DNA of 64,000 nt from Nitrosomonadales bacterium (GCA_005240145.1 SBAS01000095.1:14232-78231); one strand, 5' to 3'. Shown: positions 37,558 through 51,746, numbered from the stretch's first letter. Notes: generated by a model not told the origin, from the letters alone. Made by a program: numbers and translations.

Positions 37558-38490
37558 CTGCGTCTAGTCTTCGCAGGCACTCCGGAATTTGCAGCGCGCG
37601 CGCTGGCGGCTCTGCTTGGCGCCGGTCACGAAATAGCGCTGGTACTCACGCAGCCGGACCGGCCCGCCGGTCGCGGCTTGCGCCAGTCGGCAGGCGCGGT
37701 CAAACAGCTCGCCATTGTCCGTGGCCTGGAAGTTTTCCAGCCGCAAGGCCTGAACGACGAGTCCGCGCTCTCTCGCCTCGCGGCGCCGCGGCCCGACGCG
37801 CTGGTCGTCGCCGCATACGGGCTGATCCTGCCGGCGCGCGCGCTCGAAGTCGCACCGCTGGGTGCGTTCAACATCCATGCTTCGCTGCTGCCACGCTGGC
37901 GCGGCGCGGCCCCGATCCAGCGCGCGCTGCTGGCGGGTGACCGCGAAACCGGGATCACGATCATGAAAATGGATGCGGGGCTGGATACCGGCCCGATCCT
38001 TGCGTCGCATCCGCTCGCCATTGCGCCGGAGGAAGACGCGCAGTCCTTGCACGACCGCCTGGCCGCGCTCGGCGCCGAGGCGATGGTTGCTGCGCTGGCG
38101 CAACTCGCCGCCGGGCGCGCCAACTTCCAGGCGCAGCCCGAAACGGGCGCGAGCTATGCGCGAAAAATTGGCAAACACGAAAGTGGGCTCGACTGGTCGA
38201 AGAGCTGCGCGGAACTGGAACGCGCAGTACGCGCCCTGCGGCCGGCGCCTGGCGCGCGAGCCGAACTGCGCGGCGAAACCATCAAGATCTGGCGCGCACG
38301 CTGCGACGCGGGCAAGGGCTCGCCCGGCGAGGTACTGCAAAGTGGCGCTGCGGGCGTCCTCATCGCCTGCGGGGAAGGTGCGCTGCTGGCAACGGAACTG
38401 CAGCGCGCTGGCGGCACGCGGCTTGCCGCGGCGGATTTCCTGCGCGGTTTTCCGGTCGCGCGCGGCGAAAGCCTTGGCACCGCTCGCTGA
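37558..38490 (+). CDS. fmt: Methionyl-tRNA formyltransferase (apparent CTG start)
   Basis: The frame is open from 37462. The conserved N-terminus RLVFAGTPEFAARAL...LTQPDRPAGRG is encoded from 37558, upstream of the track's TTG at 37678. HASLLPRWRGAAPIQRA motif present. No ATG/GTG/TTG exists between 37462 and 37678. Confidence 0.85.
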   Translation: MRLVFAGTPEFAARALAALLGAGHEIALVLTQPDRPAGRGLRQSAGAVKQLAIVRGLEVFQPQGLNDESALSRLAAPRPDALVVAAYGLILPARALEVAPLGAFNIHASLLPRWRGAAPIQRALLAGDRETGITIMKMDAGLDTGPILASHPLAIAPEEDAQSLHDRLAALGAEAMVAALAQLAAGRANFQAQPETGASYARKIGKHESGLDWSKSCAELERAVRALRPAPGARAELRGETIKIWRARCDAGKGSPGEVLQSGAAGVLIACGEGALLATELQRAGGTRLAAADFLRGFPVARGESLGTAR

Positions 38491-39745
38491 AGCTCTGGCG
38501 GCGGCGGCGGCGCTGGTCGCGCGCGTGGCAGCCGGGCGCAGCCTGTCGGCGGAACTGGAGCGTGTCGGGCCCGATCCGCTGGATGGCTCTCGTGCCGCGC
38601 TTGCAGACCTGTGCTACGGAGTGCTGCGACGCTATGGCCGCTCGCAGGCGATCGTAAACGCACTGTCGCGGCGCGCCGGTACGACGGACCCACTGGTCGA
38701 GGCGTTGTTGTGGTGCGCCTTCTATGCGCTTGAGTCGGGCCGCTACGCGGAATACACGGTCGTCGACCAGGCTGCACGCGCCTGCATTTCGCTGCAGCGC
38801 GGCGGTGCGAAAGGCTACGTCAACGCGCTGCTGCGTAATTTTCTGCGCGCGCGCGCCGGGCTGGAGGCGCGCCTGGGCAACGACGAGATCGCGCGCCACT
38901 GGCACCCGAAGTGGTGGATCGAGCGTACGCGAGCGGCGTATCCAGCGCAGTGGGAGCAGGTGCTCGCGGCGGGCAACACGCACCCGCCCATGTGCCTGCG
39001 GGTGAATATGCGACGCGTTTCGACTGAGCCCTACGCCGCGCGCCTGGCAGCGGAGGGAATCGTCGCGCGGCGCATCGGGCCTGCGGCGTTGTTGCTGGAA
39101 CGGCCTGTGCCGGTCGCCCGTCTGCCCGGCTTTGCCGAAGGCGAGGTTTCGGTGCAGGACGCCGGCGCGCAGCGCGCCGCGGGCTTGCTCGATTTGCATG
39201 CCGGCCAGCGCGTCCTCGACGCCTGCGCCGCGCCCGGCGGCAAGAGCGCCCATATTCTCGAGTCGACGGATGTCGAACTGACCGCACTGGATGCAGACGC
39301 CGCTCGCATCGGTACCATCGCGCGCGACCAGGAAAGGCTCGGCTTGCGTGCGCAGCTGCGCGCAGCGGACTGTACCGCCCTGGAGGCCTGGTGGGACGGC
39401 ACGGCCTTCGAGCGCATTCTCGCCGACGTGCCCTGTTCCGCTTCCGGCGTGGCGCGCCGCCATCCCGACATCAAGTGGCTGCGCCGGGACGCGGATATCG
39501 CCGCCTTCACGTTGCGCCAGGCGCGCATTCTGGATGCGCTTTGGCGTACGCTCGCCCCGAATGGTAAATTGCTGTATGTCACCTGCTCGATTTTCCCGGA
39601 GGAGAATGCCGAGGTGGTCGACGCATTCGCCGCGCGCACGCCCGGCGCACGCCGAGCGCGCCTGCCGGATAGCGCCGCGGCGCAGCTTATGCCCAGTCCC
39701 GAGCACGACGGATTCTTTTTCGCCCTGCTAGAGAAGCCGGCTTAG
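38474..39745 (+). CDS. rsmB: 16S rRNA m5C967 methyltransferase RsmB (Sun)
   Basis: NusB-like N-domain plus SAM MTase (DACAAPGGKS, DVPCSASGV, TCSIFPEEN). The start is uncertain; I chose TTG 38474, which overlaps the fmt end. The track ORF starts far inside fmt. Confidence 0.85.
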   Translation: MAPLAEALAAAAALVARVAAGRSLSAELERVGPDPLDGSRAALADLCYGVLRRYGRSQAIVNALSRRAGTTDPLVEALLWCAFYALESGRYAEYTVVDQAARACISLQRGGAKGYVNALLRNFLRARAGLEARLGNDEIARHWHPKWWIERTRAAYPAQWEQVLAAGNTHPPMCLRVNMRRVSTEPYAARLAAEGIVARRIGPAALLLERPVPVARLPGFAEGEVSVQDAGAQRAAGLLDLHAGQRVLDACAAPGGKSAHILESTDVELTALDADAARIGTIARDQERLGLRAQLRAADCTALEAWWDGTAFERILADVPCSASGVARRHPDIKWLRRDADIAAFTLRQARILDALWRTLAPNGKLLYVTCSIFPEENAEVVDAFAARTPGARRARLPDSAAAQLMPSPEHDGFFFALLEKPA

Positions 39746-39767
39746 GACGAACCCGAGGCGACGCGCG

Positions 39768-40394
39768 ATGCGAGGCTTCGCTCTGTGTAAGAAGCTCTTG
39801 GCGGCGCTCGCGCTGGGGGCCGTCGCGCTTGCGGCCGCACCCGCCGCACGTGCCGACGACATCGAAGTGACCGACGCACGCCTCGCCGCAACCGAGGACG
39901 GCGTGGTGCTGGCGGCGGATTTCGCCTTCGACCTGAACGCGCGCCTCGCCGAAGTGGTCACCAACGGCGTACCCCTGTACTTCGTCGTCGAGTTCGAGTT
40001 GACCCGCCCGCGCTGGTACTGGTTTGACGACAAGGCGGCAGCCAAGCGCCTCCAGCTGCGCCTTTCCTACCACGCGCTGTCGCGTCACTACAGGCTCTCG
40101 ACCGGCGTTCTGCAGCGCAATTACGCCTCGCTGGACGAGGCGCTGAACGTGCTGCGCCGCGTGCGCAACTGGCAAGTGGTGGAGCGCGGCGTCTCGCTCG
40201 CCGATGCCAACTACGAAGCAGCCGTGCGCATGCGCCTGGACCTGACGTTGCTGCCGCGGCCGTTCCAGCTCAGCGCGATAACCAACCGCGAGCTCAATCT
40301 GGAATCGCCGTGGCGGCGCTTTAACTTCCGGCCGCCTGCGCCCGCCGCGGCGCCGGTCGAAAGCCGCGAGCCGAAGGAGGCGGAAGGGCGATGA
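39768..40394 (+). CDS. DUF4390 domain protein (secreted)
   Basis: Signal peptide. The motif LYFVVEFELTRPRWYWFD and the position between rsmB and an NtrY-like kinase match the DUF4390 family. Confidence 0.7.
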   Translation: MRGFALCKKLLAALALGAVALAAAPAARADDIEVTDARLAATEDGVVLAADFAFDLNARLAEVVTNGVPLYFVVEFELTRPRWYWFDDKAAAKRLQLRLSYHALSRHYRLSTGVLQRNYASLDEALNVLRRVRNWQVVERGVSLADANYEAAVRMRLDLTLLPRPFQLSAITNRELNLESPWRRFNFRPPAPAAAPVESREPKEAEGR

Positions 40395-42499
40395 GGCTAC
40401 TGATACTCCTCGGTGCCGCGCTCGCCGGCGTGCTGCTGTTTCTGCTCGCCACGGCGAGCGGCAACACCACGGTGTTCGCGAGTCACTACCCCTTGCTGCT
40501 GGGATTGAACGCGGCGCTGGCCGCGCTGCTCGCCTTGCTGGTGGCATGGCAGATCCGCTCGCTCTGGCGCAGGTACCGGCAACGGGCCTTCGGTTCGCGC
40601 CTGACCGTGCGGCTGTTGTTGCTGCTCTCGCTCATGGCGGTGGCGCCCGGAGCGCTTGTCTACACCGTTTCGGTGCAGTTCCTCGACAAGAGCATCGAGT
40701 CCTGGTTCGATGTCAAAGTCGATGCGGCGCTCGAAGGCGGCATCAACCTGGGCCGCTCGGCGATCGACCAGATGCTGGGCGACCTGCACGCCAAGGCGCG
40801 CGCCATCGCCGTCGAGCTGGCCGACAGGGCTCCCAGCCAGCAGGTGGTGCTGCTGGATCGCCTGCGCGACCAATCCGGGGTGCACGAGGCGGTGATCGTG
40901 AGCGGCAGCGGGCGGGTGCTGGCGAGTTCGAGTGAGGACGTGTCGCGCCTCATCCCGGAGCTGCCCACGCCCCAGGTGCTGCGGCAGGCACGCAACTCGC
41001 GCGGCTACACTTCCGTCGATGCCGCGGCCGGCAAGCCGCTCTCCTTGCGCGTGGTGGTGCCGGTCGCCAGCCTTGCACTCACCGACGAGACGCGCTACGT
41101 GCAGCTGCGGCAGTCGGTGCCCGAGCAGTTCGGCCGCAGCGCCGAGGCGGTTGAGGCCGCCTATCGCGACTACCGCGAGCTGGTGCTGGCGCGCCAGGGC
41201 CTGAAGCGCATCTACATCGTCACGCTTACGCTGGCGCTGTGCATGGCGCTGCTGGTGGCGATCGCGCTTGCGGTGGTGCTTGCAAGCCAGCTCTCGGAAC
41301 CGCTCGCCAACCTGGCGCAGGCGACCCAGGCGGTGGCGCGCGGCGATTTCTCCCGCCAGGCACCGGTCACCAGCAGGGACGAACTGGGCGTGCTGATCGA
41401 ATCGTTCAACTCGATGACGCGCCAGCTCGATGACGCGCAGCGCGTGGTCGAGGCGAATCGCGTGGCGCTGGAAAGCGCGAAGGCGCGGCTGGAGAACATT
41501 CTCGCCAATCTTTCGGCCGGGGTGCTGGTGTTCGACCGCGACCTCGGGCTGACGATCAGCAACCACGGCGCGCTGGCGATTCTGGGCGCCGGGTTGGATG
41601 CCTTTGCCGCGGAGATGCGGGAACAGTTCCGCGCGCACGGCAAGCTCGCCTGGCAGCAGGAAGTGGAGCTGAAGAGCACAGGCAAGGCGCTCCTCGTGCG
41701 CGGTACCGCCTTGTCGGAGGACCCCGCCGGCGGCTACGTGTTGGTGTTCGACGACATCACGCAGCTCATCCAGGCGCAACGCGCGACTGCCTGGTCCGAA
41801 GTGGCGCGGCGGCTCGCCCACGAGATCAAGAATCCGCTCACGCCGATCCAGCTCTCGGCCGAGCGCATGGAGATGAAGCTCTCGCGCAAGCTCGGGCCCG
41901 AGGATGCCGAGACGCTCGCGCGCGGCACGCGCACCATCGTCAACCAGGTCGCGGCGCTCAAAAGCATGGTGGACGATTTCCGCGATTATTCGCGCCTGCC
42001 GGCGCCGGTCTTCGCGCCGCTGGACCTCAACGCGCTGGCCCAGGAGGTGCTCGCGTTGTACGAGACCTCGAGCGCGCCGATCGCGCGCAAACTGGCGAGC
42101 GCGCTGCCCGCGGTGCGCGCGGACTCCGCGCAGATCCGGCAGGTGCTGCACAATCTGGTGCAGAACGCGCAGGATGCGCTCGAGAACCGCAAGAACAACG
42201 CCGAGGCGCCGATGATCGAGGTGCGCACCGAACTGGCAGGCGACAAGGTGCGCCTTTCCGTCACCGACAATGGCGGCGGGTTCCCAGAGGAAATGATGGC
42301 GCGGATTTTCGAGCCCTATGTCACGAGCAAGCCACGCGGTACCGGATTGGGCCTGGCGATCGTGAAGAAAATCGTCGACGAGCACCGCGGTGAACTGGCG
42401 ATCGAGAATCGCCCCGCGCAGGGAGTCGCGGTGACGATGCTGCTGCCGGTGGCCGACAGCGCAAACGCCACGCCGGGCGATGCGGCGAAGGCGGCCTGA
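40391..42499 (+). CDS. NtrY-like sensor histidine kinase (TM-HAMP-PAS-HisKA-HATPase)
   Basis: 702 aa with an N-terminal multi-TM region, HAMP, PAS, H-box LAHEIKNPLTPI, N/G boxes, and an ATGA overlap with the upstream gene. Confidence 0.88.
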   Translation: MRLLILLGAALAGVLLFLLATASGNTTVFASHYPLLLGLNAALAALLALLVAWQIRSLWRRYRQRAFGSRLTVRLLLLLSLMAVAPGALVYTVSVQFLDKSIESWFDVKVDAALEGGINLGRSAIDQMLGDLHAKARAIAVELADRAPSQQVVLLDRLRDQSGVHEAVIVSGSGRVLASSSEDVSRLIPELPTPQVLRQARNSRGYTSVDAAAGKPLSLRVVVPVASLALTDETRYVQLRQSVPEQFGRSAEAVEAAYRDYRELVLARQGLKRIYIVTLTLALCMALLVAIALAVVLASQLSEPLANLAQATQAVARGDFSRQAPVTSRDELGVLIESFNSMTRQLDDAQRVVEANRVALESAKARLENILANLSAGVLVFDRDLGLTISNHGALAILGAGLDAFAAEMREQFRAHGKLAWQQEVELKSTGKALLVRGTALSEDPAGGYVLVFDDITQLIQAQRATAWSEVARRLAHEIKNPLTPIQLSAERMEMKLSRKLGPEDAETLARGTRTIVNQVAALKSMVDDFRDYSRLPAPVFAPLDLNALAQEVLALYETSSAPIARKLASALPAVRADSAQIRQVLHNLVQNAQDALENRKNNAEAPMIEVRTELAGDKVRLSVTDNGGGFPEEMMARIFEPYVTSKPRGTGLGLAIVKKIVDEHRGELAIENRPAQGVAVTMLLPVADSANATPGDAAKAA

Positions 42500-42504
42500 A
42501 CGCC

Positions 42505-43752
42505 ATGGCGCAGATACTGGTCGTGGATGACGAAGTCGGGATCCGGGAACTGCTCTCGGAGATCCTCGCCGACGAGGGGCACCAGGTGCTGCTCGCCGAG
42601 AACGCCGGCGAAGCGCGGCGCCTGCGCGAGAACTACCGGCCGGACCTGGTGTTGCTCGATATCTGGATGCCGGATACCGACGGCATTTCGCTGCTCAAGG
42701 AGTGGGCCGCGAGCGGACAACTCGGCATGCCGGTGGTGATGATGTCGGGCCACGGCACCATCGAGACGGCGGTGGAGGCCACGCGCATCGGGGCGCTCGA
42801 CTACCTGGAAAAGCCCATCGCCCTGCAGCGGCTGCTCGCCACGGTCAAGCGCGCGCTGCGCAACCAGGAGGCAGTGGCGCCGCGCGAACTTTCGCTTGGC
42901 ACGCTGGGCCGCTCGCCTGCGTTGGCTGAAGCGCGCAAGCGCCTCGCGCAGCTCGCGCAGACCGGCGCGCCGCTCATGCTGCGCGGCGAGCGCGGCATGC
43001 GGGCGGAGCTGTTCGCGCGCCTGCTCGTCGCCGCCGGCGCGCCATTTGTCGACGGACGCGAACTGATGGCCGACGCGTCCTCGGAGACGCTGGCGCGCGC
43101 CGCGGGCGGCGTGCTGTTCGTCGGCGACCTGGCGCTGCTCGGACGCGCGGAGCAGAAGAATCTCGAATTCCTGCTCGCGCGCGCCGACAAGCACAAGGCG
43201 CGCGTCGTGTCCTTCGCCTCGGTGGACGGGCGCGCGCTGATCGAGAAGCACGAATTCGATGCGGCGATGGTCGCGCGGCTCTCGGAGCTGGTGCTCAAGC
43301 TGCCGACGCTGCGCGACTTTGCCGAGGACGTGCCCGATCTTGCGGCCCTGACGCTGGTGCAGCTGGTGGAAACGCGAGTTTGCCCGCCGCGGCGTTTTTC
43401 GGTTGCCGCGCTCAATGCGCTGCGACATCACTCCTGGCCGGGAAACCTGGCCGAGCTCGATAGCGTGGTGCGCAACCTCGCGCTCGGCGCGCTGGATGAG
43501 GATATCGGGCTGGAGGATGTCGAGCGCGTCGTGGCGGCGCATGCGGCGTCCTCGCCGCCGCCCGAGATCGCGCTGGACCGTCCCTACCGGGAAGCGCGCG
43601 AAGCATTCGAACGGCTGTATTTCCAGCACCTGCTCGTGCGCGAAAACGGCAGCATGTCCAAGGTGGCGGAACGCTCCGGGCTGGAGCGCACGCACCTGTA
43701 CCGCAAACTCAAGGCGCTTGGCCTGCCGGTCGGCAGGCGCGAGGAAACCTAG
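42505..43752 (+). CDS. NtrX-like response regulator (REC, degenerate AAA+, Fis-type HTH)
   Basis: Receiver (ILVVDDE...LLDIWMPDTDG) and C-terminal HTH (MSKVAERSGLERTHLYRKLKALGL). In the central domain Walker A is replaced by GERGMRAE, Walker B by LFVGDL, and there is no GAFTGA. Confidence 0.85.
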   Translation: MAQILVVDDEVGIRELLSEILADEGHQVLLAENAGEARRLRENYRPDLVLLDIWMPDTDGISLLKEWAASGQLGMPVVMMSGHGTIETAVEATRIGALDYLEKPIALQRLLATVKRALRNQEAVAPRELSLGTLGRSPALAEARKRLAQLAQTGAPLMLRGERGMRAELFARLLVAAGAPFVDGRELMADASSETLARAAGGVLFVGDLALLGRAEQKNLEFLLARADKHKARVVSFASVDGRALIEKHEFDAAMVARLSELVLKLPTLRDFAEDVPDLAALTLVQLVETRVCPPRRFSVAALNALRHHSWPGNLAELDSVVRNLALGALDEDIGLEDVERVVAAHAASSPPPEIALDRPYREAREAFERLYFQHLLVRENGSMSKVAERSGLERTHLYRKLKALGLPVGRREET

Positions 43753-43755
43753 GGT

Positions 43756-43775
43756 ACGGGAGACGCCTCTCCCGT
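43756..43775. terminator. Hairpin shared by convergent ntrX-like and bTHX genes
   Basis: ACGGGAGA-CGCC-TCTCCCGT: 8-bp stem and 4-nt loop in the 33-bp spacer. No strong U-tract on either side. Confidence 0.4.
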
Positions 43776-43785
43776 TACTTCATGT

Positions 43786-43881
43786 CTATTTCTTCTTTTT
43801 CTTGACGCGCTGCGGGCGCGACTTGCCGTAGCTGCCCTTGTAGATCTTGCCGCGCCTGGTTCTCTTGTCGCCTTTGCCCAT
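43786..43881 (-). CDS. 30S ribosomal protein bTHX
   Basis: Below the ORF-track cutoff. Manual translation [31 protein letters not shown] (31 aa) closely matches Thermus Thx as I recall it ([26 protein letters not shown]). It begins 18 nt downstream of the metH stop. Confidence 0.8.
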   Translation of the reverse strand: MGKGDKRTRRGKIYKGSYGKSRPQRVKKKKK

Positions 43882-43899
43882 GCCTGGTCTCTCGTTCTT

Positions 43900-47616
<3,717 letters not shown>

Positions 47617-47625
47617 CCGGTCCCG

Positions 47626-47664
47626 AAAACAAAAACGCCCGCTCAGCTTTCGCAGAAACGGGCG
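47626..47664 (-). terminator. Intrinsic-terminator-like hairpin in the metH leader
   Basis: RNA: CGCCCG-(17 nt containing GC-GAAA-GC)-CGGGCG-UUUUUGUUUU, ending 10 nt before the metH ATG. Confidence 0.4.
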
Positions 47665-47774
47665 CCTTGGCACGTCTCTTTAGCTGGATTTATTTGTCCC
47701 CACCGGTGCGTGGTGCGGCGCCCGCAAGCTGAACTTCAAATCGGCGCGGAGCGCATTTTACCTCACGTCAACCA

Positions 47775-48749
47775 TCAGTGCAGGCGCGGCTTTTTGAGGA
47801 AATCACCGCGGTCGGCGGAGCGGATCTGGACTTGCGATGAGGCACCGCGCCGCGACAGGGTCAGCGTGACGCTGCTGCCGGCGGGTCCGGCGCTCCAGAT
47901 GCGGCGGAACATCGCTGCAAGCCCGGCGAGGCGCTCGCCGCCGACTTCCAGTACGAGATCGCCGAGCTTCACGCCGGCGCGTTCGGCTGGTCCGCCCGGC
48001 GCCAAGCCGCCGATCACGATATGACCATCCATTTCGGTGGCGTAGATGCCGAGCCAGGCGCGCGGCGGCCGCGCGGCGCGGCCGGCGGCAAGCATGTCGT
48101 CCAGGATCGGTGCCAGCAGATCGACCGGCACGAACATGTTGCCGTCCACCGCCCTGCCAGCGACCGACTCCTGCACCAGCAGCGAGCCGATGCCGAGCAG
48201 GCGGCCGTCGCGGTCCACCAGCGCGGCGCCGCCCCATTGCGGATGCGCCGGCGCGGTAAACAGCGCTGCGTCGAGCACGTATTCCCAATAGCCGGCGAAT
48301 TCGCACTTGGCGACGATTTTTGCCTTGAGTGCATGCGCGCGGCCGCCGTGGCCGATGACGATGACCTCGTCGCCGCTCTGCGCCCCGGCCGGCGCGCCGC
48401 GCGCGAGCGGCTGCAGGCCGAGCGCGCCTAGCGGCATGACCAGGCCAAAGCCCGTGCTCTGGTCATAGGCGAGCGCGTGGCCCTGCACCACGGTGCCGCG
48501 GTTGGTCGAGAGCCAGATCGATTCGGCCTCCGAAATGAGGTAGCCGATGGTCAGCACCAGGCCGTCGTCGCGGATCACCACGCCGTTGCCGGCGCGCTCG
48601 GTGCCGAGGATCGACGCGGTGAACGCGTCCTCCGGGATCTCGGCGCGCAGCAGCACGACCGAATCGAGCGCGGCCTCGAGATCGAAATTCGTTTCCTGCG
48701 GACTCGGTTGCAGCGCCGCGGGGAACGCCCAGTTGCCAGGTTCAGCCAT
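47775..48749 (-). CDS. S1C (DegP/HtrA)-like protein with PDZ domain; catalytic triad apparently lost
   Basis: Trypsin-fold similarity (GNGVVIRDDGLVLT, GDEVIVIGHG, ALVDRDGRLLGI) plus a PDZ domain (IVIGGLAPGGPAERAGVKLGDLVLEV). Start at the internal ATG 48749, 2 nt after the pobA stop. No signal peptide. Confidence 0.7.
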   Translation of the reverse strand: MAEPGNWAFPAALQPSPQETNFDLEAALDSVVLLRAEIPEDAFTASILGTERAGNGVVIRDDGLVLTIGYLISEAESIWLSTNRGTVVQGHALAYDQSTGFGLVMPLGALGLQPLARGAPAGAQSGDEVIVIGHGGRAHALKAKIVAKCEFAGYWEYVLDAALFTAPAHPQWGGAALVDRDGRLLGIGSLLVQESVAGRAVDGNMFVPVDLLAPILDDMLAAGRAARPPRAWLGIYATEMDGHIVIGGLAPGGPAERAGVKLGDLVLEVGGERLAGLAAMFRRIWSAGPAGSSVTLTLSRRGASSQVQIRSADRGDFLKKPRLH

Positions 48750-48751
48750 AT

Positions 48752-50396
<1,645 letters not shown>

Positions 50397-50405
50397 GCGG
50401 GGAGC

Positions 50406-51746
50406 TTGTCTTCAACGGTCTTCGACTCGGTCCTCTACCGCGACATGTTCGGTACGGCCGAGATGCGCGCGGTTTTCTCGGACGCCGGATTCCTCGCGCG
50501 CTGCCTCGAAGTGGAGGCGGCGCTGGCGCGTGCGCAGGCCGGACTGGGCATGATCCCGGCCGCAGCGGCGCGCGAAATCAGCGCCAAGGCGCATCCGGGC
50601 ATTCTGGATCTCGAACGCCTGCAGCGCGAGACCGAGGTCGTCGGCTATCCCATCCTGCCGCTGGTGAGGCAGCTTGCCGCCGCCTGCACGGGCGACGCGG
50701 GACGTTATGTGCACTGGGGCGCGACGACGCAGGACATCATGGACAGCGCGCTCGTGCTGCAGCTGCGCACGGCGCTCGAACTGGTGGAGTCCGAGCTTGC
50801 GGCGGTTTCGCTTGCGCTCGAAGCGCTCGCGCGCCGCTACCGCGATACGCCGATGGCGGGACGCACCCACCTGCAGCAGGCTTTGCCGATCACTTTCGGC
50901 TTCAAGGCCGCGGTGTGGCGCGCCCCCATCGAGCGCCACCGCGAGCGTCTCGCGCAATTGCGGCCGCGCGTGCTGGTGGGGCAGTTCGGCGGCGCGGCGG
51001 GCACGCTCGCCTCGCTCGGCGACCAGGGGTTGGCGGTGCGCGCAGCACTCATGCGCGAACTCGACCTGGCCGAGCCGGCGATCACCTGGCACGTGGCGCG
51101 CGACGGCCTTGCCGAAGCGGTGCTCTTTGCCGGGCTCGTCACCGGATCGCTTGCCAAGATCGCCACCGACGTGATGCTCATGATGGCGACCGAACTGGGC
51201 GAAGCCTTCGAGCCCTTCGAGCACGGGCGCGGCGGCAGCAGCACCATGCCGCAGAAGAGAAACCCGATTTCCTCGGAGCTAATCGTCGCCTGCGCGAAAC
51301 TGGTGCGCCAGCACGGCGCGCTGATGCTCGATGCCATGGTGCAGGACTTCGAGCGCGCCACCGGCCCCTGGCACGCGGAGTGGATCGCGCTGCCGGAAAG
51401 TTTCCTCGCCACCGCCGGTGCGCTGCGCCAGGCGAAGCTGATGCTCGCCGGGCTCACGGTGGACACCGCGCGCATGGCGCAGAACCTCGGCATGACCTCG
51501 GGCCTGATCGTGGCGGAAGCCGTCATGATGGGTCTCGCGCCCAAGCTTGGCAGACAGGCCGCGCACGACATCGTTTACGACGCCTGCCGCGCGGCGGCCG
51601 AGGGCAGCCGCCCGTTGATTGATGTGCTCGCCGGGAATCCGCAGGTCAGCGCGCATTTCGGCCGTGTTGAGCTCGAGCGCCTGCTCGATCCGCGCAACTA
51701 CCTGGGCAGCGCGGGCGCGATGGTAGATCGCTCGCTGAAGAGCTAG
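50406..51746 (+). CDS. pcaB: 3-carboxy-cis,cis-muconate cycloisomerase (fumarase/ASL superfamily)
   Basis: N-terminus aligns with PcaB (F..AEMRAVFSD...LEVEAALARAQA). GSSTMPQKRNP signature present. TTG start; pca gene context. Confidence 0.8.
   Translation: MSSTVFDSVLYRDMFGTAEMRAVFSDAGFLARCLEVEAALARAQAGLGMIPAAAAREISAKAHPGILDLERLQRETEVVGYPILPLVRQLAAACTGDAGRYVHWGATTQDIMDSALVLQLRTALELVESELAAVSLALEALARRYRDTPMAGRTHLQQALPITFGFKAAVWRAPIERHRERLAQLRPRVLVGQFGGAAGTLASLGDQGLAVRAALMRELDLAEPAITWHVARDGLAEAVLFAGLVTGSLAKIATDVMLMMATELGEAFEPFEHGRGGSSTMPQKRNPISSELIVACAKLVRQHGALMLDAMVQDFERATGPWHAEWIALPESFLATAGALRQAKLMLAGLTVDTARMAQNLGMTSGLIVAEAVMMGLAPKLGRQAAHDIVYDACRAAAEGSRPLIDVLAGNPQVSAHFGRVELERLLDPRNYLGSAGAMVDRSLKS

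Noticed and set aside
47617-47774. Assigning the metH leader to the SAH or cobalamin riboswitch classes.
   Set aside because: I could not find the ordered SAH signature (GAGGAGCGCUGC...CAGGCUCGG...AACGGCGCUCAC) or a B12 box. Only generic GC-rich helices are visible, so I kept it as an unclassified attenuator candidate.
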